From the IMG/VR virus record IMGVR_UViG_3300027749_002876, positions 1 to 64,000 of that record: a stretch of DNA of 64,000 nt; one strand, given 5' to 3'. The position numbers and the translations under genes are program-made. Numbering within the stretch: the first letter of the stretch is position 1; every line of letters begins with the position of its first letter. Below the pieces are notes generated by a model. The model worked only from the letters and a program-made list of their open reading frames with translations, searched no databases and had not been told where the DNA came from. Below are positions 36,974 to 46,960 of the stretch, one piece after another.

Positions 36974-37866
36974 TTTTTAAGATTCCTAATTTTCTGTTCT
37001 GCCAACATTACCAATTGTTCTAATTGCTCTACACTTTCACAATGCCATCTACGCAAACTCTTATTGATGTTACTGTTTGGATCATTTGCTGTTTTAGCAC
37101 CGGTACGATGTTTCTTCATACCTCGCATTCTAGCACAGAATGATTTGCGACGGGCGGCGGCCTTGCTACCTTTTTTAAGTTTGCTTGGCTTAGTTGTAAC
37201 TGCTGTTTGAATCTTGCTACCAGGATGACTACGGCGATAGCTAGCTACACTCTTTTTACTCATGCCACCCACACGCTTGTGATTGTACTTTGACCAGTTC
37301 TCGCCTTCGTTTAATTCTAAATCACTGTGATTAAACGCAATGTATGTGTCACCATTAACATCACCTGGACGAATTAAGAACACACCTGCATCGTCATCAC
37401 CTGATTCATCTTGACCAATTTCCCAACCCATTGCTTCCAATGTTCTTTGTGCTTTAGCCATTTGTTGTTCTGTGCCCAACCACCATTGTGCGGCAAGTTG
37501 ACGTAATATTTCTTCCTCATCAGGTTCACGGTCATCATCACTACCAAGTGCAAATTCATCTAAGTAACCTTCATCAATATTTGGATTACCAATTTGCTCT
37601 GCTACACTATTTAAACGGTCATTACTAGTTGTGACATAACTATACATCCAACCATCTAAACTAGTACCACTGTCTAGTTTTTCTTTGATTTTTACAGCAT
37701 TTCTAATTATTTCACGAATCTCACCCTGAGCCATGCCATTGACTTGTTCATCTTCCATTGCATAGCCTTCATTTTTAGGCTTTTTACCAGCTTTCTTCAT
37801 GGCAATAGCAATGGCAGCTTGCTGTGCTGGATTGGCTGCTTCATTGATAAATTCTTTTATTCTCAT
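36970..37866 (-). CDS. modular basic putative head-internal protein
   Basis: MRIKEFINE start; RRKSFCARM...LRRWHC module; KNE/IDE/LDE/LNE junctions. Confidence 0.65.
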   Translation of the reverse strand: MRIKEFINEAANPAQQAAIAIAMKKAGKKPKNEGYAMEDEQVNGMAQGEIREIIRNAVKIKEKLDSGTSLDGWMYSYVTTSNDRLNSVAEQIGNPNIDEGYLDEFALGSDDDREPDEEEILRQLAAQWWLGTEQQMAKAQRTLEAMGWEIGQDESGDDDAGVFLIRPGDVNGDTYIAFNHSDLELNEGENWSKYNHKRVGGMSKKSVASYRRSHPGSKIQTAVTTKPSKLKKGSKAAARRKSFCARMRGMKKHRTGAKTANDPNSNINKSLRRWHCESVEQLEQLVMLAEQKIRNLKK

Positions 37867-37884
37867 AGTATTATCCGTAAATAG

Positions 37885-37913
37885 TTGACTTTATTGCGTA
37901 GGTATGTTACACT
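37885..37913 (+). promoter_or_regulatory. sigma70-type promoter for uvsE
   Basis: TTGACT-17 nt-TACACT. Confidence 0.6.
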
Positions 37914-37921
37914 ACATGTAT

Positions 37922-37927
37922 TATTTA
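37922..37927 (-). promoter_or_regulatory. late promoter for the minus-strand operon
   Basis: TGATAAATA on the minus strand upstream of 37866. Confidence 0.55.
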
Positions 37928-37942
37928 TCACTTTGGACTACT

Positions 37943-38974
37943 ATGCACTCTTTTGACATTACTACTAAACGCATTGGCTTTGCTTGTAAATTTGCTGAAA
38001 TCAACAAGAAGGGAGAAATTGCGTCTGTCGAGGGTCTGAATACAGGTGGAACTACACTTGCTTGGGCACAGCGTAACAAGCGTGATGTTGTAGAACAAAA
38101 AATCATTGATGTAGCAAAGAGTAATATTCTTGCTACTCACGCACTAGTTAAAAAGGTAGCAACGCTAGAACCCAGTCTACGTATGGTTCGTCTAACTAGT
38201 GATATGTTCAGCTTCTATACACATGATGATTACAAAGAATTCTGGCACAGTATTGATGTTCAATCTAGCTTAGAACGTTGGATGGCACCTATTGGTGAAA
38301 CTGCACGTGCTAATGATGTTCGGTTGTCATTTCATCCGGATCAGTTTGTAGTTTTAGCAAGTGACCGTGAAGAAGTAGTAAATAAGAGTATAGAAGAATT
38401 TGAATATCATGTTGACATGGCTCGATGGATGAGTTATGGTAAACAGTTTCAGGATATCAAAATCAACGTACACATCAGTGGTCGTAAAGGTCCACAGGGC
38501 ATTCGTGATGTGTATGGTCGACTATCACCCGAAGCCCGCAACACACTAACACTAGAGAATGAAGAATACACACATGGACTATCTGACTGCTTATCGTTAT
38601 CTGACCTCGTCCCTACGGTCATGGACATTCACCATAATTGGATACGTGAGGGAGAATACATTGCCCATAATGATGCGCTTGTACAGCGTGTTATTGACAG
38701 TTGGCGTGGCATTCGCCCTACTTGCCATTACAGTGTTAGCCGCGAAGATGTACTCACAGGCCATTCCACTACACAATTACCCGATCATGGTGCGCTGATT
38801 GAATCGGGATACAGTAAACAGAAACTAAGGGCACATAGTGACTACTATTGGAACGAAGCGGTGAACGATTGGGCATTGACATTCTGTGATAACTTTGATA
38901 TTATGTGTGAGTCTAAGGGTAAAAACTTAGCCAGCTTTAAATTACTTGAAAGATATAAATGTTTAACAAAATAA
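37943..38974 (+). CDS. uvsE: UV-damage endonuclease
   Basis: IGFACK, RLSFHPDQF, LENEE, DIHH, AHSD, ESKGK. Confidence 0.92.
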   Translation: MHSFDITTKRIGFACKFAEINKKGEIASVEGLNTGGTTLAWAQRNKRDVVEQKIIDVAKSNILATHALVKKVATLEPSLRMVRLTSDMFSFYTHDDYKEFWHSIDVQSSLERWMAPIGETARANDVRLSFHPDQFVVLASDREEVVNKSIEEFEYHVDMARWMSYGKQFQDIKINVHISGRKGPQGIRDVYGRLSPEARNTLTLENEEYTHGLSDCLSLSDLVPTVMDIHHNWIREGEYIAHNDALVQRVIDSWRGIRPTCHYSVSREDVLTGHSTTQLPDHGALIESGYSKQKLRAHSDYYWNEAVNDWALTFCDNFDIMCESKGKNLASFKLLERYKCLTK

Positions 38975-39387
38975 AGAATCTATTTAAAAAACCTGAACCC
39001 CCTGCGGTAGTCAAGGAAAAGAAACCACGCAAGGTTAAAGAAAAGAAAGTTGAACCACAACTTACTGCTAAAGAAAAAGCAACAGCGGCAGGAGAACCTT
39101 ATATCAACATCATTAAATTTGAAGTAGATCCTAAGGATATTAACAGTGGTTCAGTTGAATTAGACTTCAACGACAAGTTTGTATTGAATCTGATTCGTGC
39201 AGGTTACAAAATGAAAGATACTGATACAGACAATGACATCGTAGATCGTTACTGGACTAATTTGTGCAGAGCAACAGTACTAGAGACCTTTGAACAAGAG
39301 ATAGCTGATCCGGACAAACGGGCACCCGGAGATGTACGCAATGTAGTCACACGGGATTTAGGTAACGGACGTACTGAGGTAAGTTAA
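38959..39387 (+). CDS. hypothetical protein
   Basis: 142-aa ORF in the operon. Confidence 0.75.
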   Translation: MFNKIKNLFKKPEPPAVVKEKKPRKVKEKKVEPQLTAKEKATAAGEPYINIIKFEVDPKDINSGSVELDFNDKFVLNLIRAGYKMKDTDTDNDIVDRYWTNLCRATVLETFEQEIADPDKRAPGDVRNVVTRDLGNGRTEVS

Positions 39388-39972
39388 ATGCTAAAAAATA
39401 TTGATTTATTCAAACCAGATTTTGTAATTGATTGTTCAAAATTAAAAAATTGTAGAGATATCTATTCAAGTATGCGTAACAATGGAATTGTTAAAGCATA
39501 CGTATATGGTATGTGTTTCAAGCCAGGACCATTGACATATGATTTCTCTAAGGTAGGGATGAGTTGCCCTGAGTTGGGTGAAAAGAGAGAACATCAAGTT
39601 GGTGAGCGTATCACAAGACAGTTAAGTTGGGTTCCTGGTTGGGAAGAGGACCATGTTCGCAGTTCTCATGGTGCTGATTTCTGGGGAGGAATTGAACATT
39701 ACTTAATTCCACAAGGCTTGTTACCCAAATCATTTAATAAGAATGATGTTACTATTGCAGTTTGGGATGTATCTAAACGAATGATTTTTTCAGATGTGCA
39801 TGAAAGTGACGAACTGAAGGCGACTGGTTGGGCTGAAGGTGAATTGGCAAGACAGTATAAAGATACATTTGGTAGATTACCTTATCTTAATGTACAAGAC
39901 CCTACTAACACTAAGCACTATAAGAAGGGTTATATACCTAAAGCGGTGCATGAGTTGTTTGAAATGTTGTAA
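39388..39972 (+). CDS. possible divergent GIY-YIG-like nuclease
   Basis: YVY...KVGMS...ER...E...PYLN ordering. Confidence 0.45.
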   Translation: MLKNIDLFKPDFVIDCSKLKNCRDIYSSMRNNGIVKAYVYGMCFKPGPLTYDFSKVGMSCPELGEKREHQVGERITRQLSWVPGWEEDHVRSSHGADFWGGIEHYLIPQGLLPKSFNKNDVTIAVWDVSKRMIFSDVHESDELKATGWAEGELARQYKDTFGRLPYLNVQDPTNTKHYKKGYIPKAVHELFEML

Positions 39973-39992
39973 AAATACAACATTTGCTACGG

Positions 39993-40021
39993 TTGACAAA
40001 TAATCATTTTGAGTGTATAAT
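39993..40021 (+). promoter_or_regulatory. consensus sigma70 early promoter, preceded by a palindrome at 39962-39985
   Basis: TTGACA-17 nt-TATAAT. Confidence 0.85.
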
Positions 40022-40048
40022 ATGGTTATATTAACTTAGAAAGCGTAT

Positions 40049-40642
40049 ATGACAAGACAAGTTAGCGAGAAAAACAAAGACAAAATTGTTGTACCTTTAA
40101 ACAAACGCCCAATTTGTAAGACTTCTGGTTGCAATAATAAAACGCAACATCTTGGTACATATAAAGCCAATGGATATCCCAATTTTCGTGCATATTGCGT
40201 AACATGCCACGCAGATCGGCGTCTAGCTTTTCAAGCAAATGCATCGTTGGTTGACCGCCGATCTCTTCCTAGTTGCGAAGTTCCTAATTGCCGTAAGCGG
40301 GTAGAAGTATTTGGTAGTGACCATTATGGTAATATAAAATATACTGTATTTTGCAAAGACCATGCATGTACTATTAATGGATATTCATTGTGGCGCAAAA
40401 CATACTGTGAGAACATTGACGGCCGTTTAGGATTTACTTGCACAACTAATATTGTGTGGGAGGGAATGTTAGATGTAGATCACATCAATGGCAATCCAGA
40501 AGATAACAGACCAGAGAATTATCAAACATTATGTAAATGTTGTCATGCATACAAAGGTAACAAGAATGGTGATTATAAAACACCCGGTCGCAAAAAACTC
40601 AAAGAAGCAAAAAAGAACGGAATGTTCACAGCATTGGTTTAA
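40049..40642 (+). CDS. HNH endonuclease with N-terminal Zn-finger-like Cys repeats
   Basis: DVDHINGNPEDNRPENYQTLCKCCH. Confidence 0.85.
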   Translation: MTRQVSEKNKDKIVVPLNKRPICKTSGCNNKTQHLGTYKANGYPNFRAYCVTCHADRRLAFQANASLVDRRSLPSCEVPNCRKRVEVFGSDHYGNIKYTVFCKDHACTINGYSLWRKTYCENIDGRLGFTCTTNIVWEGMLDVDHINGNPEDNRPENYQTLCKCCHAYKGNKNGDYKTPGRKKLKEAKKNGMFTALV

Positions 40643-40645
40643 TCT

Positions 40646-41440
40646 ATGGCTAAAATGATACCATTTACTCTATTCAAAGAATCATGCAACGACCGAGGAT
40701 ATACCGAACGTATATTTGAGGATCGTGGTGTGTATGTGTTATACTCTAATAATGGTATAAAATGTGAAATTAAAAAGAATCATTACACCATCGGTTGGTT
40801 AGCTAGACCAGAAGATGTTAAAGTAATGCGCCAAAAATTTATTGAAGCTGGATTCTCTGAAAAATTTGGAAAACGTTCTGAAAAGCGCAAGGATGAGAAG
40901 GACTTTATCAATGTAAATTTTGATGGCGAGATACTTGAAAACTTTTGGGTACTTGTCGGAATCATCGAATCAATTGAAACTATTGTTAGAAAAGTTCGCG
41001 GTCAAGCAATCAAACCGATACCACGTGAAGTATCCGAACGTAATATATTTGAAAAGATTGCTAAACGTTTTAAGTATTTTATTGATAGTGAAGATGGTTT
41101 TGGTTTAGAGAATACTAGATCATTACTTGAGGGTGATAGTATTGACCACTTGATTACTATAGGTGAATCAGTTAATCGTACCAAAGAAAATACATACAGA
41201 GAACATATTGTCCCTTGTATTATGATTTATAATCAAGCAGTGACAATGACAATGGAAAAAGCTTCAATAACTGAAGTAGCACAAATGATTAAGACCAATC
41301 TTGCAATTGTTTTAATTACCAATGAAGAAGCTAACTTATTAGACAATGAAATGGATATGCAAACTACAATGCCCGAAGGATGGAATTTTGGTGATAGCAT
41401 TTTTGCTAGACTAACTTCTGCCCAAATTCAATTGAAATAA
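40646..41440 (+). CDS. hypothetical protein with His-Me (HNH-like) motif
   Basis: YREHIVP...VLITNEE. Confidence 0.5.
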   Translation: MAKMIPFTLFKESCNDRGYTERIFEDRGVYVLYSNNGIKCEIKKNHYTIGWLARPEDVKVMRQKFIEAGFSEKFGKRSEKRKDEKDFINVNFDGEILENFWVLVGIIESIETIVRKVRGQAIKPIPREVSERNIFEKIAKRFKYFIDSEDGFGLENTRSLLEGDSIDHLITIGESVNRTKENTYREHIVPCIMIYNQAVTMTMEKASITEVAQMIKTNLAIVLITNEEANLLDNEMDMQTTMPEGWNFGDSIFARLTSAQIQLK

Positions 41441-41466
41441 TCTAAATAGTAGTATATAATAAACAC

Positions 41467-42468
41467 ATGACAACATACGCACTTATCGATACTGCAAATA
41501 CTTTCTTCCGTGCTAGACACGTGGCATCACGTTCTAGTACATTGGAAGAAAAGATAGGCATGGCCCTTCACTTAACACTTGCGTCAGTCAATCAAGCTGT
41601 TCGCAAATACGGAATCGATCATGTCGTATTCTGTCTCGAAGGCCGCTCGTTCAGAAAGGATCTCTATGCTCCATATAAAAAGAATCGTGTAGTAGATGCT
41701 ATGTCTATTACTGAGGAAGAAGCCGAAGAGTCAAAAATGTTTTGGGAAACGTATGAAAAATTTACAACTTTCATTAAAGAGCGGACTAACGTGAGTGTCC
41801 TTCGTCACGAACGTGCTGAAGCAGATGACCTCATCGCCCGCTTCATCGCATTGCATCCAGCAGATCGCCACGTAATTTTATCAACGGATGGCGACTACGC
41901 ACAGTTAATTTCTGAAACCGTTTCGCAGTACAACGGCGTGACTAATGAGCTAATCACATTAAAGGGCTACTTGAAAGAAAATGGTAAGCCTGTCATTGAT
42001 AAGAAAACTAAAGAGCCTAAACTACTAGAAGATCCCGAGTACGGATTATTCAAAAAAATTATCAGAGGTGATTCAGGGGACAACGTGTTCAGTGCTTTTC
42101 CGGGCTGTCGTGAGAAAGGTACTAAGAATAAAGTTGGCATTCGTGAAGCATTTGAAGATAGAAACAAACAGGGCTTCAATTACAACAATTTTATGTTGCA
42201 ACGTTACACAGACCATGAGGGTGTTGAAGTACGAGTTAAAGATGCGTTTGAGAGAAATCGTACACTCATCGACTTGACTGCACAACCCCAAGAAATAAAA
42301 GATGCTGTGGATCAACGGATTCGTGAAAGTGTCCGTATTGAAACTATTCCTCAAGTGGGCCTACATTTTCTAAAATTTTGTGGCAAGTATGAATTGACAA
42401 AAATTTCAGAACAAGCAGAAATTTATAGCAAATGGTTAAATACGCCTTATAAAGGAAATTTATTATGA
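41467..42468 (+). CDS. rnh: RNase H / 5'-3' exonuclease (T4 rnh, FEN-like)
   Basis: LIDTAN, YKKNR, EADDLI, STDGD, GDSGDNV; ATG 6 nt after TTGAAA-17-TATAAT. Confidence 0.9.
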   Translation: MTTYALIDTANTFFRARHVASRSSTLEEKIGMALHLTLASVNQAVRKYGIDHVVFCLEGRSFRKDLYAPYKKNRVVDAMSITEEEAEESKMFWETYEKFTTFIKERTNVSVLRHERAEADDLIARFIALHPADRHVILSTDGDYAQLISETVSQYNGVTNELITLKGYLKENGKPVIDKKTKEPKLLEDPEYGLFKKIIRGDSGDNVFSAFPGCREKGTKNKVGIREAFEDRNKQGFNYNNFMLQRYTDHEGVEVRVKDAFERNRTLIDLTAQPQEIKDAVDQRIRESVRIETIPQVGLHFLKFCGKYELTKISEQAEIYSKWLNTPYKGNLL

Positions 42469-42926
42469 AAACAAGTTGGACAGTTGATTTACAAGAAGAC
42501 CCCTCTACCGGGGACACTATATTAGAATTCCCACCAGATATGTTAGAACAAACAGGTTGGGGTGAGGGTGATTCATTAATTTGGAAAGATAATGGAGATG
42601 GAAGTTTTATGTTAACTAAAAAAGAAACACAATGGGTTCTTGTAGAATGTGTCAGTACATTCCGTCAACGGTATATGGTTGAAGTGCCCGTGGGTACTGA
42701 TGACTACGGCAAAGACAAATCATTTTGGGCATTGGATACAGTAACAATGGAAGAAGCCAAAGAATTCAGTCAGGAGCACATTGGTGAACAGATTATCAGT
42801 CACCGTGTTGTTACATATGATGAGGCAATAGCCCTATCTGACAAAGACAATGCTTATGCTGTGTCTTGGGATAATGATATCAAAGTTAAAAACTTCTTTA
42901 CAACATTGGCTGATCAAGAAAAATGA
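42465..42926 (+). CDS. AbrB/MazE-like N-terminal domain protein
   Basis: ILEFPPDMLEQTGWGEGDSLIW. Confidence 0.6.
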   Translation: MKTSWTVDLQEDPSTGDTILEFPPDMLEQTGWGEGDSLIWKDNGDGSFMLTKKETQWVLVECVSTFRQRYMVEVPVGTDDYGKDKSFWALDTVTMEEAKEFSQEHIGEQIISHRVVTYDEAIALSDKDNAYAVSWDNDIKVKNFFTTLADQEK

Positions 42927-43150
42927 CCTTTACTACGCCAGACAAAACTATTAAAACAATACGTCAGGACGACCCTGACTTTCATATTCATAATGGATTT
43001 GTCATGGCGCCACGTGCTGGATTTGAAATTAGCAATGATTGTCCAAGACAATATAAACTTATGATTATGGAAGCTACTAAGAATGGTTGGCTACAACCAG
43101 TTGCATATGTGAAAGAATCAGAATATGTTTGGGAAAAACTAGGAGATTAA
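42923..43150 (+). CDS. hypothetical protein
   Basis: ATGA-coupled ORF. Confidence 0.7.
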   Translation: MTFTTPDKTIKTIRQDDPDFHIHNGFVMAPRAGFEISNDCPRQYKLMIMEATKNGWLQPVAYVKESEYVWEKLGD

Positions 43151-43151
43151 T

Positions 43152-43382
43152 ATGAACGACAAAGACATGAACAACATCTATTACATTCTAAACCGAACCC
43201 CTGAGCAATTAGAAACTTGGTGGAATAGTATGGATCAAGAGGATCAAGAATATGCTATGTGGATTATTAAAGCATATAGACAAGAACTTAACAGGATGCA
43301 AGTTATGTATGATGATTTAGTATCAGAAGGAAGTGATACATCATTGGCTAAAGACTATTTAAAAAAGTTTCAATTACAATGA
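43152..43382 (+). CDS. hypothetical protein
   Basis: AGGAG SD. Confidence 0.7.
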   Translation: MNDKDMNNIYYILNRTPEQLETWWNSMDQEDQEYAMWIIKAYRQELNRMQVMYDDLVSEGSDTSLAKDYLKKFQLQ

Positions 43383-43843
43383 AAAAGATTTACTATGAAA
43401 AAGTTGGTCGTAAATACGTTCCTGTAGCAGAATATGACAATGATTTTTTAGACAGTTTTACCAAAGGTACTCATCTTGTCATGAGTTATCCCGGTGGGAC
43501 TAGTCGCAGGTTTAATATTGATCCAGCACATGCTCCAATGATTGCAGCCGGGCGCGTAGCTGAAGATGCCATCTGTCGTGCTATCAGTAAAGCAAGTGAA
43601 CTACGCCCTCAGCAGACTCCTATTACACTAGGACAAAAGAAAGCATGGGAAAAGTTAGCTAAAGAATTTGGATCTGAGCTTGCTACACTATCTGGTTTAT
43701 GCATCCGTGATTGTGCTGAAGCAGGCGTAAAGGCTATGATGCTAGAAGCCGACAAATTAATGTCAAACCCATCAGTAAAGAAAGCATATGAGCACTTCCA
43801 ATTGGTTTGTGAATTAACCAAGGAACACAATGAATCTAGCTGA
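43379..43843 (+). CDS. hypothetical protein
   Basis: ATGA-coupled ORF. Confidence 0.75.
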   Translation: MKKIYYEKVGRKYVPVAEYDNDFLDSFTKGTHLVMSYPGGTSRRFNIDPAHAPMIAAGRVAEDAICRAISKASELRPQQTPITLGQKKAWEKLAKEFGSELATLSGLCIRDCAEAGVKAMMLEADKLMSNPSVKKAYEHFQLVCELTKEHNESS

Positions 43844-44096
43844 TTACTTTGAAAAAAATCGTTACAAACCTGTCTATGAGTTTATGGCACGTGTAACCGG
43901 TATGCATGGAAAGATTCGTTGGATAGGAAGTGTCGGCAACGATACTGTTATCAGCGACCAAGTAGGACCTATGTTACACATACACCTTGACTTACCATTA
44001 AAGATTGATAGTAAATATACATATCATCTCTTTGTGAAACACAAAGGTGTAAAAAGATTGACAAATTTTAATGACGAAAAAGTTTCCAAACGATAA
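43830..44096 (+). CDS. hypothetical protein
   Basis: AAGGA SD. Confidence 0.7.
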   Translation: MNLADYFEKNRYKPVYEFMARVTGMHGKIRWIGSVGNDTVISDQVGPMLHIHLDLPLKIDSKYTYHLFVKHKGVKRLTNFNDEKVSKR

Positions 44097-45333
44097 TGTA
44101 ACTTGTATATCACCTTGGTATGAATTACGCATTGATGCTAATGGAGCATTAAGATGTTGTCATTCAATTAGACAAGCACAAGCTGAACAAACTAGTCTAA
44201 GTTTCTTGGATTGGTTCAACCACGTCAATAGTACCAGAACTAATATTATTAATGGTGATGAAAGTATTGGTTGTAGTGCCTGTTATTATAATGAAAAGAA
44301 TAATTTAATCAGTCATAGAATGCAACGCAACATGCAGGCTGCAATATATCACGGCGAATACTTTAATGAAAGTTTAGAACAAAGCCCTGCATATAAACGA
44401 ATGAATAGCAATCAAAAGATATATCCAGCATTCATGCATATTACATTAAGTAATCTTTGTAATTTAAAATGTAGAATGTGTTTCCCTCAATATAGTTCTC
44501 AGTTAACAGATGCATATAAGAAAATAAATTGGTTGAATAAAGACGAACCTACATTAGTTGATTGGACTACTAACGATAATAAATGGAATGAGTTTTTAGA
44601 ATTAGTACAACATAATAATCAATTAATGTCATTGCATTTCATGGGCGGGGAACCACTATACCATAAAAGATTTTACGAGTTTATCGACTACTGTATTGAG
44701 AATAACAAAACAGATTTTCACTTGACATTTGTTACCAACGGTACAATATACAAAGAAGAACTATTTGACAAGTTAAAACATTTCAAATCTGTTCAAATAG
44801 AGATTAGCATAGAGAACCTAAACATTACAAATGATTATATCCGTATAGGTTCTGATTTTAGAACAGTACAAAAAAACATATTGAAGTTTATCGATAAACA
44901 AATGCATGTTGTATTACGTACAGTTCCGCAAGCACTAAGTATTAGTAATTACGATACAATATTAGACTTTGCACTGGAACATAATCTAGGACTTGATAGT
45001 AATGTACTTGACAATCCTCAACATTTAAAGTGTTTTGTCCTCCCAAAACAACTAAAAAATGAGATAGCAGATAAAATTAGGTCTAAATATATACATATAT
45101 TATCATCAAATAACAATTTAAATGAGATTGCGTTATTTAGGTCAGCATTGGGAATAAAGAAACATATTGAATCATTACTTGTTAGGTTGGAAGAAGTTGA
45201 ACCGAGTGATATTGAACAATTAAGACAGAAATTTATAAAACACAATATAGAGTTGGATACTGTGAGCGAATTAAAATTTGCTAACATATACCCAGAACTA
45301 TTGAATTTTTATGCAAAATATAGTACTATTTAA
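44071..45333 (+). CDS. radical SAM protein with SPASM/twitch-like N-terminus (paralogue of 8804)
   Basis: CNLKCRMC, GGEP, TNGT. Confidence 0.85.
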   Translation: MTKKFPNDNVTCISPWYELRIDANGALRCCHSIRQAQAEQTSLSFLDWFNHVNSTRTNIINGDESIGCSACYYNEKNNLISHRMQRNMQAAIYHGEYFNESLEQSPAYKRMNSNQKIYPAFMHITLSNLCNLKCRMCFPQYSSQLTDAYKKINWLNKDEPTLVDWTTNDNKWNEFLELVQHNNQLMSLHFMGGEPLYHKRFYEFIDYCIENNKTDFHLTFVTNGTIYKEELFDKLKHFKSVQIEISIENLNITNDYIRIGSDFRTVQKNILKFIDKQMHVVLRTVPQALSISNYDTILDFALEHNLGLDSNVLDNPQHLKCFVLPKQLKNEIADKIRSKYIHILSSNNNLNEIALFRSALGIKKHIESLLVRLEEVEPSDIEQLRQKFIKHNIELDTVSELKFANIYPELLNFYAKYSTI

Positions 45334-45607
45334 CGTAACGCATGATAAACCTATCACTATAAAACATAATGGTGTTATAGTTGATAGTAATGAGTTAGAA
45401 TGTGTATATGGTACAAACGAATTAACCATAGAGGGTATTGACTATGTAGTAAATGACTTGTCAATGTTTAATATGGGTAATGGTGAGATAGTTAAACACG
45501 CAACAAATGAAAAAGGCGTATGGACATTGAAATATGAATATCCCGTGTTCAGTTGGTTGCATAAGATATTACAACATGGATGGTTATTAAAGGAAGATAA
45601 TGGATAA
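45311..45607 (+). CDS. hypothetical protein
   Basis: overlapping ORF in the operon. Confidence 0.65.
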   Translation: MQNIVLFNVTHDKPITIKHNGVIVDSNELECVYGTNELTIEGIDYVVNDLSMFNMGNGEIVKHATNEKGVWTLKYEYPVFSWLHKILQHGWLLKEDNG

Positions 45608-46064
45608 ATCGCTAATTGCAAAACCTGTAGTTAAAAATCAATTTTGGATTGTAACTAATGGAGAAGAAAAAGTAGGTAATGTCCTTGCTGATGGCTCGGG
45701 CTTTGAACTCAAATTAAATGGTAATAAAACTCATTATAAGAATACGAAGGCTATTGAGCGTATTACTAATATTCGTTTTGAGAATGTAACTAAACTCAAG
45801 ACAGTCGAGAAAGACTTACCCTTTAGTGAATATCCTACTACTCCTAAGGTATTCAATAGTATACTAGATGTAAGACGTAAACTACACTTGTTTACAAAAA
45901 CAATAAAAAGTAAGTGTTATTATGCCGCAGGATGGTATGCAGTTACGCAAGGTAGTGAGAGTAAAGCAATTTTCTGCCCTAAATATATCTTTATCCAAAG
46001 ATATGAGTACACGGGTCCATATAAAACTAAAGATGAGGCAGAAAATGTGCTAAATAGCATATGA
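45600..46064 (+). CDS. hypothetical protein
   Basis: AAGGA SD, 154 aa. Confidence 0.75.
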   Translation: MDKSLIAKPVVKNQFWIVTNGEEKVGNVLADGSGFELKLNGNKTHYKNTKAIERITNIRFENVTKLKTVEKDLPFSEYPTTPKVFNSILDVRRKLHLFTKTIKSKCYYAAGWYAVTQGSESKAIFCPKYIFIQRYEYTGPYKTKDEAENVLNSI

Positions 46065-46270
46065 TTATAATAAATCGATTTATTGACAGAGTTTCAGCCA
46101 GTGAAGGGAAAACGGGAACAACCGTAATACTTCCCATGGAAGAAGCAAGAATGTTACGTGATGAAATCGCTAAACTACTGTCAGACAATTACGATTTATT
46201 AAACAAGAAAAAGGAATCCATTGACAATGCAGTTATACAAGTTGAAGTCAATGGTGGTAAATGGTCATGA
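46061..46270 (+). CDS. hypothetical protein
   Basis: ATG 4 nt after TAAATA. Confidence 0.7.
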   Translation: MIIINRFIDRVSASEGKTGTTVILPMEEARMLRDEIAKLLSDNYDLLNKKKESIDNAVIQVEVNGGKWS

Positions 46271-46560
46271 GTAGAACACAACCTAAATTATTATTAGAGA
46301 TTGTAGATAAAGTTACATATAAATGCGACCAAATCGTAGAGGCCGCAGGCATATGGGCAGTATTTTATGATAATCAACCAATCAATCTAAAATCACAGCA
46401 CTATCAGGATCCTGACGCTACGCCTAAATATAAAAAGACTAGCTTCAGTAATCCTGGACATGCTAGAAATCTTTGTCGTAAACTCAACGCACAATTCAAA
46501 ACAGATAAATTTACAGTTGTCTTTATGAATCAAGGCACTTGCGTTTATCCAGATGAGTGA
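46267..46560 (+). CDS. hypothetical protein
   Basis: ATGA-coupled start at 46267. Confidence 0.75.
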   Translation: MSRTQPKLLLEIVDKVTYKCDQIVEAAGIWAVFYDNQPINLKSQHYQDPDATPKYKKTSFSNPGHARNLCRKLNAQFKTDKFTVVFMNQGTCVYPDE

Positions 46561-46960
46561 CAGAAAATCACTAAAGCAAATAATAACTGAAGCAGTAGCA
46601 AACGAACTGCCCGATGAGTTGCGTGAGGAACGTGATTCACCTGTAGATGGATTACTATTTAAATGGTGGCAGACAGGTAGACAGGATGGATTACGATTAA
46701 CCGACTACGGTGATCTAGCATTCAGAATGGCTGAGATTGAATTCTATCAATACGACCTTGCTTCACGATCGGCCGATACATATCATGCATGGGTAATAGA
46801 ACTCAACAAAAAAATCAAATGCCCCTATTACATGGGGGTAAATAAAGATGGAAAGAAAAGTAAACCATTCATTAGATTCTATGATAGCAAGATTGCCATG
46901 ATGGTTAGTCTATATGGAAACGTGAATGAATACTTAGATTCAATAAAGGTAAGAAAATGA
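46553..46960 (+). CDS. hypothetical protein
   Basis: overlapping ORF in the operon. Confidence 0.75.
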   Translation: MSDRKSLKQIITEAVANELPDELREERDSPVDGLLFKWWQTGRQDGLRLTDYGDLAFRMAEIEFYQYDLASRSADTYHAWVIELNKKIKCPYYMGVNKDGKKSKPFIRFYDSKIAMMVSLYGNVNEYLDSIKVRK

